Part shown: positions 1 to 18,486 of the stretch, in pieces
How positions within the stretch are numbered: position 1 is the stretch's first letter
Layout of the letters: every line of letters begins with the position of its first letter
Source: Dictyostelium discoideum
Lineage: Eukaryota
Reading direction: 5' to 3'
Length of the DNA: 64,000 nt
Assembly (NCBI GenBank): GCA_000004695.1
Contig: CM000153.2
Span: 3,776,001-3,840,000 of the forward strand
The notes under the pieces: model-generated
Seen by the model: only the letters and a program-made list of their open reading frames with translations
Told to the model about the DNA's origin: nothing
The model's database searches: none
Program-made: the position numbers and the translations under genes

Positions 1-276
1 AACTCTAGATCTGGTACCCACAACATCTACAAGGAATACAGAGATCTCACTCGTTGTGGTGCTGTTTCTCAAATGTACGACGAAATGGCCTCACGTCACT
101 CTGCTCGTGAATCATCCATCCATATCATTGATATCAAGGAAATCGCCGCCTCATTAACCAGACGTGCCAACACTAAACAATTCCACGATTCAAAGATTAA
201 ATTCCCATTAACTCACAGAATTGCTAAATCAAAATCAACCTTTGTTGCCAACAGACCAAATACCTTCTTCTGTTAA
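1..276 (+). CDS. rpl18a: 60S ribosomal protein L18a (eL20), C-terminal exon. The 5' part lies outside the window. Stop codon at 274-276.
   Basis: Translation ...[91 protein letters not shown] aligns nearly residue for residue with the eukaryotic RPL18A C-terminus (...[16 protein letters not shown]...RPNTFF). Confidence 0.85.
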
Positions 277-480
277 ATTTAGATTTTAGGTGCCATATAT
301 ACTAAATAAAAGGGATAGTTATTTAAAAAAAAAATATATTAAAAAATAGGTTTATAGTTGTGCAATTAATTTTTTTAAATAATTTTACAACATTTTACAT
401 TTGGTTTTTCTTAATTTGGTTTTTTAGTTCATCTTTTAATTTTAAATAATTTTTATTATTATTTTATTGTCTCTTTTTAT

Positions 481-999
481 TTAAATTAATTTACATGTTT
501 TAATTTTGAATTCATTTTCTTTAAGAAGATTTTTTGATTCTTCTTTTTTAATAAGATAAATAATAGATATTATTATTACCAGAGCAAAACATACAGAACC
601 TACTATTATACCAGCTAGTTGAGCTTTAGTTAATTTGGAATCGTTAATGGTAGTACAAATTGAATTATCACTTGAGGATGCAGATTTACTATCAATCAAA
701 ACAGAAAAATCAGGATCTATGATTATTGAATTTGCATAATTTGGTAAAATGATACCAATGAATGATTGAGATGATGACGAACTTGAAATTGAGTTGATTG
801 ATGAATCTAATAGTTCATTTGATTTTGTTTTTACTAGAAAGTCAACTATTGCTCTTTTAATAAATCTACCATATAAAGAATGATCATCAACTTTAATTTT
901 TAAATAATTTGATATATCATAGAATTCATCAGTTTTTTCACCAAATTGTTTATCTGAACAAATATCATCAGTCTTTGAAGAAGAAAGTGATGCAGGCAT
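481..999 (-). CDS. Hypothetical small single-pass membrane protein of about 172 aa. Ser-rich, with one TM helix near the C-terminus (IIVGSVCFALVIIISIIYLI) followed by a Lys-rich tail.
   Basis: Uninterrupted ORF. The track start at 1047 is a TTG; the first ATG in frame is at 999 (MPASLSSSKTDD...). No homology recognised. Confidence 0.4.
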   Translation of the reverse strand: MPASLSSSKTDDICSDKQFGEKTDEFYDISNYLKIKVDDHSLYGRFIKRAIVDFLVKTKSNELLDSSINSISSSSSSQSFIGIILPNYANSIIIDPDFSVLIDSKSASSSDNSICTTINDSKLTKAQLAGIIVGSVCFALVIIISIIYLIKKEESKNLLKENEFKIKTCKLI

Positions 1000-1151
1000 A
1001 ATCAATTGTAATCCATTTAATTTATTTTTAAATTTATATTGGGACAATTCAATTGTTTATTTTATAGTTGATGGATTCATTGTTAAATTTTGATTTGCAA
1101 ATATAATATTACTCTTTTCTTTATTTATAAATTATTTAGACGATCCTTTAA

Positions 1152-1845
1152 TTAATAAAATTCAACTTGATTGTTCATTTGTTGATGATTCGTTTGAAAA
1201 AATGAATCAGTCTGACTAAATCCTGATGAAAATCCTTGACTATCATAAAGTTTAATAAAAGTGATTACATAATTTTGAGAAGCGCAAACATTTGAAATAT
1301 TAACTACAATTTCATATTGACCTAAAAATTCATCACCACCAATTCTTGAAAGAGTTGTTAATTGATATTTATAAATTGATCCATCCAATTCACCCCTAAC
1401 TATAATTTCACCACCTTTAAATCCATTAATCTGATCTTCAATCTCTAATAACCATTTTACATAATTTGGATTAATTGAACTACTTTTAATAATTTTTTTA
1501 AATATTGGCCCATATAAATCAAATTCTAAAATTAAAAATTTTAATTTTTATATATTAGTGTTTTACTTTATATATATTAATTAATTTTTTTTAATACTTA
1601 CTTGAAGAAGTTACATTTAATTGATAAGAATCAGATAAATAATAACTATAACTTGAATATAAACCCATAACAAAAGCATATGATAATTGTCCACTTTTAA
1701 AATTTGCAGGAATAGTAAATTCTACTTGAAACATTTTAATTGTTGAATTCCATATCGCATAGTTGGTTTTATCTACATTTTGATCATTAAATATAGCAAT
1801 TGAGGCATTTGGATCGGTATGATTTAAATGCATTATATTGTCCAC
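1152..1845 (-). CDS. Hypothetical protein with at least two exons (1845..1602 and 1525..1152). A further 5' exon is probable, because the track start at 1845 is GTG and there is an in-frame acceptor at about 1888.
   Basis: Canonical GTAAGT donor at 1601-1596 and TTTTAG acceptor at 1527-1526 on the minus strand join track ORFs 1591..1845 and 1152..1388 in frame (..NVTSS/KFDLYGPIFKK..GELDGSIYKY..). No homology recognised. Confidence 0.4.
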
Positions 1846-2074
1846 TGATCTATTAGTTGTATCGATATTATTAAAAAGAAAAGATACATTTTTAATTTTC
1901 TAAATTTATTTTTTTTTATTTTTTTTTTATTTTTTTTATTTTCGAAACCAGGAAAAAAAAAATAAAAAATAAAAAAAAACTAATAATAATTATAAATAAA
2001 ATTTAAGGTATAACATAAAAATGAATATCGCAAAATAATAAAAAAAAAAAAAAATAAAATAAATAAAAAGTAAT

Positions 2075-2114
<40 letters not shown>

Positions 2115-2593
2115 AATTGGTTTTGTTATGGAAAATTATTTTTTTTATTTTTCCAATTTTTATTTTTATTTTTATTTTTATTTTTTTTTTTTATATCTTC
2201 TGGAGGATTTTGAGCATTTTGATTGACGTCATAAAAAAAAAAGTCATGCTTTTTGATTTTTTTCCTATTTTTTTTTTTTTAATTTTTTTTTTTTTTCCTT
2301 TATTTTAATTTTAATTTTTTTTTTTCTTTATTTCAATTGTAATTTTTTTTTATTTTTTTTTTATTTTTTTTTTTTTTTTTTTTTTTCTTACCTTTCAAAA
2401 GTCTTCATCATGTATATCCTCTATAAAAAATAAAAATAAAAATAAAAATAAAACTCAAACATAAGAAATTAAAAATATCCCCCCCATCGTCTACTTAAAT
2501 ATTTAAAAAAATCCAACACATTATTTTTTTTTTTATTTTTTATTTTATTTTTTTTTTTAAAAAATTATTTTAAAAAATTATTATTTAATTTAA

Positions 2594-2645
<52 letters not shown>

Positions 2646-2773
2646 TTTGTTATATTTAAATATATCATAAAAATTTGAGAGAATAATAATAATATTAATA
2701 ATAATAAAAATAAAAACAAAAATAATAATAATAATAATAATAATATAAATATATTAAAAATTATTATATAAGG

Positions 2774-3289
2774 ATGTCAGGAATCTATAGTAATAATAAT
2801 AATAATATAAATAATAATATTAATATAAATAATAATGATATAATTAATATAAATAATAGTAATAATATAAAGAATGTTATAGACCTTGGATTAAATCAAA
2901 ATAAATATTTAGTAGAACCGGATAAAGGTTGTTTATTTACGGCACAAACTACATTTAAAATCCAATATTCACCACAAATTTCACATGTCCTAACATGTAG
3001 AGAATATACGAAATCAGTCGAACAATTAAATTCAACAATAGAGCCTTTATTATCAAGTTTTAGATTAAACAATCTTTTATTCTTATTTATTTTATTATTC
3101 ATTCCATCAATTATTGTCACAGCGATTAATGCAAGTTTAGGAAAATTATTTTTGCCTTCTGTAATTGTTGGTGGTATTTCATTTCTAATTATAATATTTG
3201 CAATATTTAGAAAATCATTTTTACATAGAAAAGTAATTTATTATTTATTAAATAAAAATAAAAATAAAATATTATATATATATTAACTG

Positions 3290-3322
<33 letters not shown>

Positions 3323-3595
3323 TCATTTAGCTTGTTCAAGGCATATCTAGAGATATTAGAGATTTTAATAAAAGGTTTCAAAGTCGTCAAGTTTTATTAG
3401 AATATTTAGTAACTACAAAATTTAATCAAAAGAATGGTAGAGAATATAGTATTAGTTTACATTTAATTTATCCAATAATAACATTAACTCCGGGAATGTT
3501 TTCAATAAATCAACAACAAGAACAACAACAACAACTACAGCAAAAACAACAAAATAAATCTCAAGAATTAGAATACCCACCCCCATTATCGATTC

Positions 3596-3630
<35 letters not shown>

Positions 3631-3699
3631 ACAGAACAAAATTACTATGATGAAGAGGATAACTCAAATGAAAACTCTTCACTTTTACGATTTTAAATA
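2774..3699 (+). CDS. Small two-TM membrane protein, paralogue A. Exons 2774..3232 and 3340..3699. Asn-rich N-terminus and Gln-rich C-terminus.
   Basis: ORF 2774..3286 is joined in phase 0 to ORF frame 3340..3699 by a GTAATT donor at 3233 and a TTTCATTTAG acceptor at 3330-3339. A two-helix hydrophobic hairpin is followed by RK and then the intron. It is a paralogue of the next gene, with the same intron position. Confidence 0.45.
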
Positions 3700-4013
3700 A
3701 TAAATAATCAAAACAATTTAAATAAAATTGTTTCTATTATTATTTAATATAAAAAAAAAAAAAAAAAATTTATTCTGATATTTTGTACCAGGATTAAAAT
3801 TTTAATACACTGTCGTGATTTTTTGGGTGTTTTTATTTTTTATTTTATTTTTTTGGGTGTTTTTATTTTTTATTTTATTTTTTTTTTTAATTTTATTTTT
3901 TTTTATTTTTTTTTTTTTTTATAAATTTTTTATTTTTATAATTTTGCTTTTTCTTTTTTTTTTTGTGACTTTATAAACAATAAAAAAAAAAAAAAAAAGA
4001 GGAAATTAAATAA

Positions 4014-4502
4014 ATGGGATCTGAAGACCAACAACTACAACCACAAAATAATGGACCAATATACGGTCAACCAACATTAAAACAACAACAATTATACCAA
4101 CAATTAAATTCTCTACAACAACCACCACCACCACCACAACCAATTATAATTAGTTCAATAAGTGGAATGGTTCCAATTAGTAAAATTAAAATTAGAAATA
4201 ATGTAAATTGTGTTGGGAATTATACAACTTATAAAACTGATTACCCATTTGATTTGAATGGTGTAATGAGTGCTAAAGAATATATTAATTATATCAACGA
4301 TTTCAATAAAATAGTATCAATCAAAAAATATCCAATCATTACAATTGTGGTTCTCCAATTACTTTTAACTCTTCTAATAGTTATATTTGCAATTCAAAAT
4401 CTTTTCATACCTTTAGTAGTTTCCTTATCAATTTGTATATCATTTTCCTTTATTATAATAATTTTATCAATTTATATGGTTAGAAAGGTATGTTAAACAT
4501 TA

Positions 4503-4579
<77 letters not shown>

Positions 4580-4967
4580 TTTAATAAATTGGTATAATAA
4601 TTCACATTTGTACTAATTTCATTTTCAATATTTATTTATTTATTTATATTTTCAATAATAGACTGCTAATGGTATGAAGGATAAAGTTAAGGAAGTTAAT
4701 CAAAATTTATTAAATCGTAATATTTATTTTGAAGCTACACCAAAATATGTTACAAGTTCAGGAAAGAAATTTCATGTTAAATTATCAATTCATTTCCCAA
4801 CATTAGGATTTATTGTTCCACAACCAATACCACCACCAATGTATCAAACAAGTTTTCAACAACCATCTTCAATTTTAACAACACCAATTTATCAATCACA
4901 AACTAACCAACAACAATACATAAATACAATTGATGAAAATCATGAACAACAATCTTTATTAAAATAG
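4014..4967 (+). CDS. Small two-TM membrane protein, paralogue B. Exons 4014..4487 and 4662..4967.
   Basis: GTATGT donor at 4488 and AATAG acceptor at 4660-4661, phase 0. Conserved blocks shared with paralogue A: GVMSAKEYINYINDFNKIV versus HVLTCREYTKSVEQLNSTI; a TM hairpin ending in RK before the intron; KKFHVKLSIHFP versus REYSISLHLIYP after the intron. Confidence 0.5.
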
Positions 4968-5231
4968 GGTTTTTGAAATCCTCTCTTGGATATATTTAAT
5001 TAAAAAAAAAAAAAAAAAAACTTTTGAGAATTACAAATCGTACTCTTTCAAAAGATTCATAAAAATAAAATAAAAAATTTTAAAAATAGAATTTATTTTC
5101 TTTAAAAATTTAATTATAGTTATTGTTTAATTTTAGAAAAACATTTAATTTTTTTTTATTTATACATATTACTGAATAAATAATTTATATAAGTTAACAA
5201 CTTTATTATCAATTTATACCTTTTTTTTTTT

Positions 5232-11680
<6,449 letters not shown>

Positions 11681-11906
11681 ATTAAAAAATCGAAGGTAAA
11701 GAAACAAAATTTTTGAAAAAAAAAAAAAAAGATTTTAAAAAAAAAAACGATAAAAAAAAAAAGATTTAAAAAAAAAAAAAAAATTGGTGGCCAAAAGATT
11801 AATAAATACATCAAAAATTGTTATTTAAATTTTAAAATGAATTTCATTTTTTTACCTTTTTTATTTTTATTTTTTCGTTCGTTTTATTACATTTTATTTT
11901 ATTTTT

Positions 11907-11945
<39 letters not shown>

Positions 11946-12416
11946 CTTTTTTTTTTCAAAAAAAAAAAAAAAAAAATGTAACGTTTTATTAATAATTTCT
12001 ATTAGTTTTAATTTCTTTAGAAAGTCAAAAAAAAAAAAATTAAATTAAATTAAACAATGTTAAACTTTTTTATTTTCTTTTTTTTTTTTTTTTTTCGTTT
12101 TAAACTTTTTTCTTTTTTTTTTTTTTTTTATAAAAAATTTTTTTTTTTTTTTTTTTATTTTTCTTTTTCACCTCCAACAAGCCAAAGTTGCTTTTATTTT
12201 AGCAATTCCTCCAGGTATCAATATAAAACAATGAAAGACATACATAAGCAAAATATAATGGATTCCCTCAGGTTTTCTCATTAACTTGGGAAAGATGAAT
12301 AAAAGACAGTTATTTCAATTGGTTAGATTTTTAAATTTTTCTTGGTTTCCGAAGAATATTATTGGCAATTTACAAATTTTTTCTTTGGAGATTTCGATCA
12401 AAATCGTTTTACAAAA

Positions 12417-13603
12417 ATGAAATATCTTTGGTTATCTTTGTTAACTTTTTCAATTATTTTAAAGTGTAATTATTAATTCCTTACAGAATTTTTCATTTTT
12501 AAAAGGATGATACTAATACTCTTTTTATTTTTTTTAATGATAATATTATAGATTCGTATTGTCAAGAAATATACACATTTGATTGGTCATCTCCACGTGT
12601 CAATATTAATGGACACTCACATTTTAAAGTTGATTACTATCCAGGAACTACCAATGCAAATTATAAGGGTGACTTTTTTCCAGATGTAGAGTCAAATCCA
12701 AATGTAAAGAAATATTATTTCACAGCAGATTGTACCATCGATTCAAATACAGATTTCTCTATTCCAGGTTTTATTACACCGGCTTTGAATAAAACAGATA
12801 ATCCTTTTCCACTTATTACAAATTATAATTCAGTTTTAATTGTACCTTATGGAATGACAGTTACAATCAGTGGTTACATTCAACCAATTCTAACGTTATT
12901 AATTAAGGGTAAGGTTGTCCTCAAACCAACTGTAGTAACCAGATATTGGGCTGGTAAAACCATTATATTTCCAACAGGTGTATTCGAATCAGCTCCAACA
13001 TCATTAGCTTTCAACCATTCAATTAAATTTTATAGTCCCTCATATTGGGAGTTTCCAGAGTGGGACCCACTTCAAACATCAACATTTATTTCATTGGGTG
13101 GCACTGTTACTCTCACTGGTTTGAATTCAGATTCTATGTGGACAGGTAGAAATAGTTCATTCACATCATATGGTGGAACCTTTTTAAATACCCCATTCCC
13201 CTTCGACACTGCTAACAAACCTGTATTCAAAATGGGTGGAACAAGAGATACATTTGGTAATATCAATTATGTAATGAATAATTATTATACCTCATTTAGC
13301 CCATCCACAGGTCCGAATTTTTTAGAAGATACAAGTTTTGCTGGTGCAGGTTACATCCTTATGCGTCCATTTACTAAAAACCTTTTCATTACAGGTGAAG
13401 CAAATTGCTCAATGGTATTTACATTAAACTCAACAGTTAATATCCAGAATAGCGTTTTTTTTGATGTTGGCCACACTTCACCAGAATTATTAGATGATAA
13501 TATAATCAGTTCAACCTATAGTGTAACCAAAAGAGGAAATAACATACCAGATAGATACCCAATTACTTTATTACATAACCAAGTTGATAAAAATTATCTC
13601 TAA
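12417..13603 (+). CDS. Secreted paralogue 3 of the receptor-kinase family, containing only the N-terminal ectodomain segment (about 367 aa). Exons 12417..12465 (signal peptide MKYLWLSLLTFSIILK) and 12552..13603.
   Basis: GTAATT donor at 12466 and TATAG acceptor at 12547-12551, phase 1. Blocks (YYPG, CTID, LIVPYGMTVTISGY, FISLGGTVTLTGL) are homologous to the N-terminal exons of the two minus-strand paralogues (YYPDIC, VILPGGSVTI, ILALGGSLTLIGN). Its stop at 13601-13603 overlaps the last exon of the convergent paralogue 2. Confidence 0.5.
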
Positions 13604-16600
13604 AAGGTATGTTATCACCAGGATTGGTGGATTTTATTACGACTGTTGTTTTTTTATACAAACCTTTGTAAACAGAGGATACATTATTCTTTGCAAGTAA
13701 ACTATGATATTCTAAATCATTAAGATCAAACTGAAGAAAATAAAGTGTAATTAGTACGATGTTTAAGATGCTAATAATATATGATTTTTTCACTTACACG
13801 AGTAGATAATTCTGATTCAACTTGAATATATAGGAATGAATGCATTGACTCTGAACTTTCTATTGTATTAAACTGGACAACAATTTTTTCAAAAAACTAA
13901 AAAATAATGATTAGAATAAAATTTAAAAAGTTTAATGTTAATAGATCTGCTTACTTTGGTGGTGCAATTTAGTGTCAAAGAGAGTTTTACAGCTTTTTCA
14001 GAATTTGGCTCCAATTCAAAATGATAATGATCTGCAAAGACCTAATTATTAAAAAAAATTAGTAAATTGTAAACTCTAAAAATATTCATGTACATTATAA
14101 CCTACATTACCAGTTCTAGAGTCTCTTGGAAGAATAACTTTAACAAAAATGGTTGAGCTTGAAATATTGGAAATGAGTAAAAAATTTGAGTATTCTTTAA
14201 ATAATGTTGCCTTGAGTCCTTTGAGGTTGAAATCTAAAATCTTACTACTAAATCTCAATGGATTGTTAGGGTCTGAAAGTTCGATTAAATTAGATCTTTC
14301 TAAACGAAACATGAATGATGAGGTTCTAAATGAATCAACAATTGGTAACTTCAAAGGTTTTAGTGAGGTACTTGGTGGAAGTGGGAGTGGTGGAGGTGGA
14401 GGTGAAGAGGAGGGTATTGAATGTTGAGGGGAATCGGGACTAATCTGAGGTGTATCAACTGGTAAAACTATTTGTTCATCAGAATTAATTTCTGGATTTT
14501 CATTTATTGGGTCACATCCAATTTCATTAAAATGTGGATTTAAAGCTTCTGGTGTTTTAGTTTCCAATGGAGGTAGCGGTGAGATTAGTGTATAGGGTGC
14601 AATCTTTGGCTTGACTAGAGATTTTAGAACTGGATGAATTTTGTTTGGTATTTCTTTTTGTTCATTTCTTTGTTGAGGAGTTGCAATACTTTCAGATTTA
14701 TTTTCAATATTTGAATTTGATGTTTCTATTGGTTCAATAGTTGTCATTTCATTTTCTATATCAGCTGATTTAAATTTTTTAAATTTCTTTTTATAAAATA
14801 ATCTTCCAAGCATTACCGATGATGCCACGACTACAGCAGAGCAAATAGGTAACACTATTGTTAATAGATTAAGTGTATTTTCATTGGCTGGTACATCTGG
14901 AATGGCTGTTGGATCAGGTATTATTGGGGGAATGAAAAATATGTTTGATGAATAGATTGCCATTGATGTTAAATAAATATCACCTCTTGTTGTAAATGCT
15001 ATATTAATCTTTTCTAATGAATTGGTATTTTCATATTTGAATGTTATGTTTTTAAATGTTGGACCTTGATTGCTTTGTAATGGTTCTAATACATAAACTG
15101 GCTGATTGTCAATGTAAACTGATAATAGACTAGCATGCTGATCAATTGGTACATGTGTAAAAAACAATTGAATTTGACTGATTGTAGAATTACTGTTGAT
15201 TGCTGTTGTGATGATTACTGGCTCATTGGAATTTAATGATGTTACTCCACTTGAAAATAAACTATTCAATTCGTCAGAAGAAGTGACATTTGGTAAATTT
15301 GGTACATAATTTGAATTTTCAGATATTGTACAGTTGCTATCTGTTTTTGTTTGGCATCCACTTTGAAATAAACTACCATTAACTATAAACTGTTGGTTAG
15401 CAAGGTCAGGATTTGCCATACTCCATCCAGAATAAAATGTATACGTTTTTAATACTGTAATCTGTGGGAAATCTATAATGTACAAGTAGTCTGATGATAG
15501 AGAATTTTTTATTTGAACTCTTACATTTGCTGAACCCTCTTTATTTGGTCCAACCGATACAGGTAATATACATTTATTTGATAATACATTGAAATCGACT
15601 GTTCTATTTTGAATAGAATCATTATCAGAAGTAAAAATACATATAATAATATCTTGAAAAGCATAAATTAATCTAAATTGGATTACTATATTGAAAGTCA
15701 ACCCTGAAATTACTTGGAGTGGAGAATTTGGATAAATTGAAACGATTTTAATTCGATCCAATGTAATTGGGCTACTATAGTAATAAGGTGTTATCACTGA
15801 TCCATAAATTTGATCTTTTAGTTGTTCAACGCTATCATTTGATGGATAGTATAAATATGAATTTTGGATATTTGTTGACAAGGATGAGACATTTTTAATT
15901 ATATCTTTACTTGTTAATGGTAATTCAATGCTAGAATTTATAATATCTAATCTTTTAACGCTACCATCTAATTTAAAATTTTCTGTGGCAATAAAATCCT
16001 TCAATATTAAAAAATTGCTATCTAAATTCGCAACAATTGGACCTATTGCAACTAACCCATTGATCGTATATGTATTTGGTTGATTTCCATTACTATTAGC
16101 TACAAAAAGGTTGAAAATAGTTGAGTTAAATAATGTAATATTAGATATTTTAAAATACTTTGGATTTATTAAATAAAAGTCAACTGGACGTTGAACTGAA
16201 CTTAAAACTGAATCAGAATCATTATAACATGGTGCGTAACAGTCCCTATCAAATGATGTTACACTTGATCTATTCGATATGAAATTAAAGTTAAATATAT
16301 TTAATTGACCAATAAAAGTATCATTTTCTGATTTGATGTTTGGTGAAAGCGAATATAAACCATTACCACCCTCATATCCATAATCCATGCTTTTGGCTGA
16401 TGTATTCAATGATCTTGAATATGGGACCAAAAAGTAATGATTATTTTTTGATCTAATGTTTTCTGTTCCAAATTGGGCTATTAAATTTGAACCTGAATAA
16501 CTTGATATAATATTGGATGTAAATTCAACATTTGATGCGAAAAATACAATTGGTGACCTTCTTGGATCTTTTTCAAAAATAACACAATTTTTAATTACTG

Positions 16601-17854
16601 CGTTGTTTGAAAATTCAATGTATAATGAGTTTCTGTATCTTTGGTTGCTACCCTTAATAATATCAGTGACAATGTTTTTATTATTGGGTGAGAATATTAA
16701 TTTGTGATCATTATATTCTTCATTTAATGTTCTACCATCACCATTTATAAAAAAATTTTCAATATGCACTTTAGTATCTCCTGTAATGAAAATTGATGCT
16801 CCAATCGATTCATCAATTTTCTTTACAGAATATCTGTTGGAGATTCCAGTATTCATTTCGTCGATAGTAAATTTTATAAACGCTACTTTCATTACTTTTT
16901 CATTGCCTATTGGTGGGCAACCGCTAATGTTTACTATGGTTCTAGTAGAATCCATAATAATACTGCACAGTGAACCAAGAGGATTTGAATCTGAGAAGAT
17001 TTTAATTTGATAAAGTTTATTAATATTATCTCCAGGAATACTTGAGAATGGTGGAGAAATCCGTAAAGTTGTTTTTGATAAAACCTGGGCTGAATAAATC
17101 AGTGGGTAATTACCAATAAGTGTTAAAGAACCACCCAATGCAAGAATACCTGGAAAGTAACCCATTGGATCAAGTGGAAATTTTGCGGGATTAATGATGT
17201 TTAAACTATTATATTCTTCAAGAGAGAAGAACAAAAGTCCTCTTTTAATTGTCACCGATCCACCTGGTAAAATAACTAATGAGTGGACCATAAAACTATA
17301 AATACTTTCTGGTATATATAATGAGCCCTCCACAAAAGTGTAAAAATAAAAAAATTTTCAAACATATCTGATTGCGGAAATACGCTAAGGGTCAAATTGG
17401 AACCTATAAATAAATAATAAATGTTAAAAATAGTTTTAAAAAATATAGATTTATAAATTTATTACAATACCTTTTGTAATTAAAAATTTATTTAATGTAA
17501 GATTAGCGTCTAGGAAAGTATAAAAAGTCATTAGATCACCTTCAGCGTTTGGCAATGCGCCAGCGCATATATCTGGATAATATAAATCTGCATCTGTTTG
17601 TGAAATATTATTTGATTCAATATTTGAATGTGGAAATCTTTTTATACGTTTTAAACCATAATAACCTGGTGGTGTTGTAATAGTTTCTTCTTTTAAAAAT
17701 TTAAATATAAGTGTTTGATTTTTTTATTTTATTTTATTTATTTTATTTATTTATTTTTAAATTGCAATACTTTACCATCTGCATTTGAATATAAAATAAA
17801 TATGGATAGAAATATTAATAGTATAATAGTCTTTTTAAAAAAGTTATTTTTCAT
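13563..17854 (-). CDS. Receptor-like kinase paralogue 2, probably a pseudogene or decoy. Exons 17854..17776 (signal peptide MKNNFFKKTIILLIFLSIFILYSNAD), 17689..17471, 17403..14106 (ectodomain, TM helix, proline-rich segment; -1 frameshift near 17345), 14041..13955, 13896..13798, 13730..13563. The kinase homology stops after the VVIK (VAIK-lysine) region with a degenerate glycine loop (NNVSSV).
   Basis: Exon-by-exon collinearity with paralogue 1: ...ITKG|GSN..., ...LNCTTK|GTAAGC, FFEKIVVQFNTIESSESMHSFLYIQVE versus YLEKIGVCIESFDGSCKWSTFLYIHIE, then FDLNDLEYHSLLAKNNVSSVYKGLYKKTTVVIK...GYVIK*. The track ORF 14076..17333 starts at a GTG created by the frameshift. The TAG at 14076 lies inside a 66-nt GTAGGT...AG intron. 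Confidence 0.45.
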
Positions 17855-18130
17855 TTTCTTTAAAATAAAAAAAGAAAAACAAAATTTTGTGCGACAATCG
17901 GAAAGATTTTGAAAAGTGATTGAAAAAAAAAGAAAAATAAAAAAAAAACATAGTTTTTTTTTTTTATTTTGAGTTTTTTTTTTTTTAGATTTTAAAAATT
18001 TTGGAAATGAAGATATTTTGAATAAGTTGAAAACCTAATATTTGAATGAAGATCCATCTTGTTACGTATCTCAAAAAAAAAAAAAAATTATAAAAAAGAG
18101 TGAATAAATAAATCATTTTAATTTTATTTT

Positions 18131-18428
18131 CTATTCATTTGAGTTTTCATCACCCGAATGATCATTATTATAAAATGAATTTTCTGAAAATGGTGTACAT
18201 TCATTATTATTATTATTCTTATTATTTATAATTGATTCTTCAATTTTATCTTCTAAATCATTTTTTGAATATTGGAATTGAGCACGATCTAAATCTATAG
18301 TTCCTTCTTGTTTACTTGTTCCATTTATGAAATCATCTGATGTAATAACAGTTTTTGAATCACCAACAATTGGTTCACCATTATTTCCTAATAATTCATT
18401 TGCACCTATTTCCTCTTGTTGTTGTTGC

Positions 18429-18486
<58 letters not shown>

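Noticed and set aside
13770-13796. A possible 27-nt intron (GTAAGTGAAAAAATCATATATTATTAG) in the tail of paralogue 2.
   Set aside because: It is too short for a Dictyostelium intron and leaves a stop in frame. The acceptor 70 nt downstream (TTCTTCAG at 13732-13731) restores the frame and matches the paralogue 1 exon structure.
14076-17333. Track ORF start of paralogue 2 at 17333, and track starts at 11017, 10554, 12785, 59470, 1845 and 1047.
   Set aside because: These starts are GTG or TTG codons (the track allows alternative starts) created by frameshifts, intron read-through or upstream stops. I replaced them with ATG starts on spliced 5' exons where I could find them.
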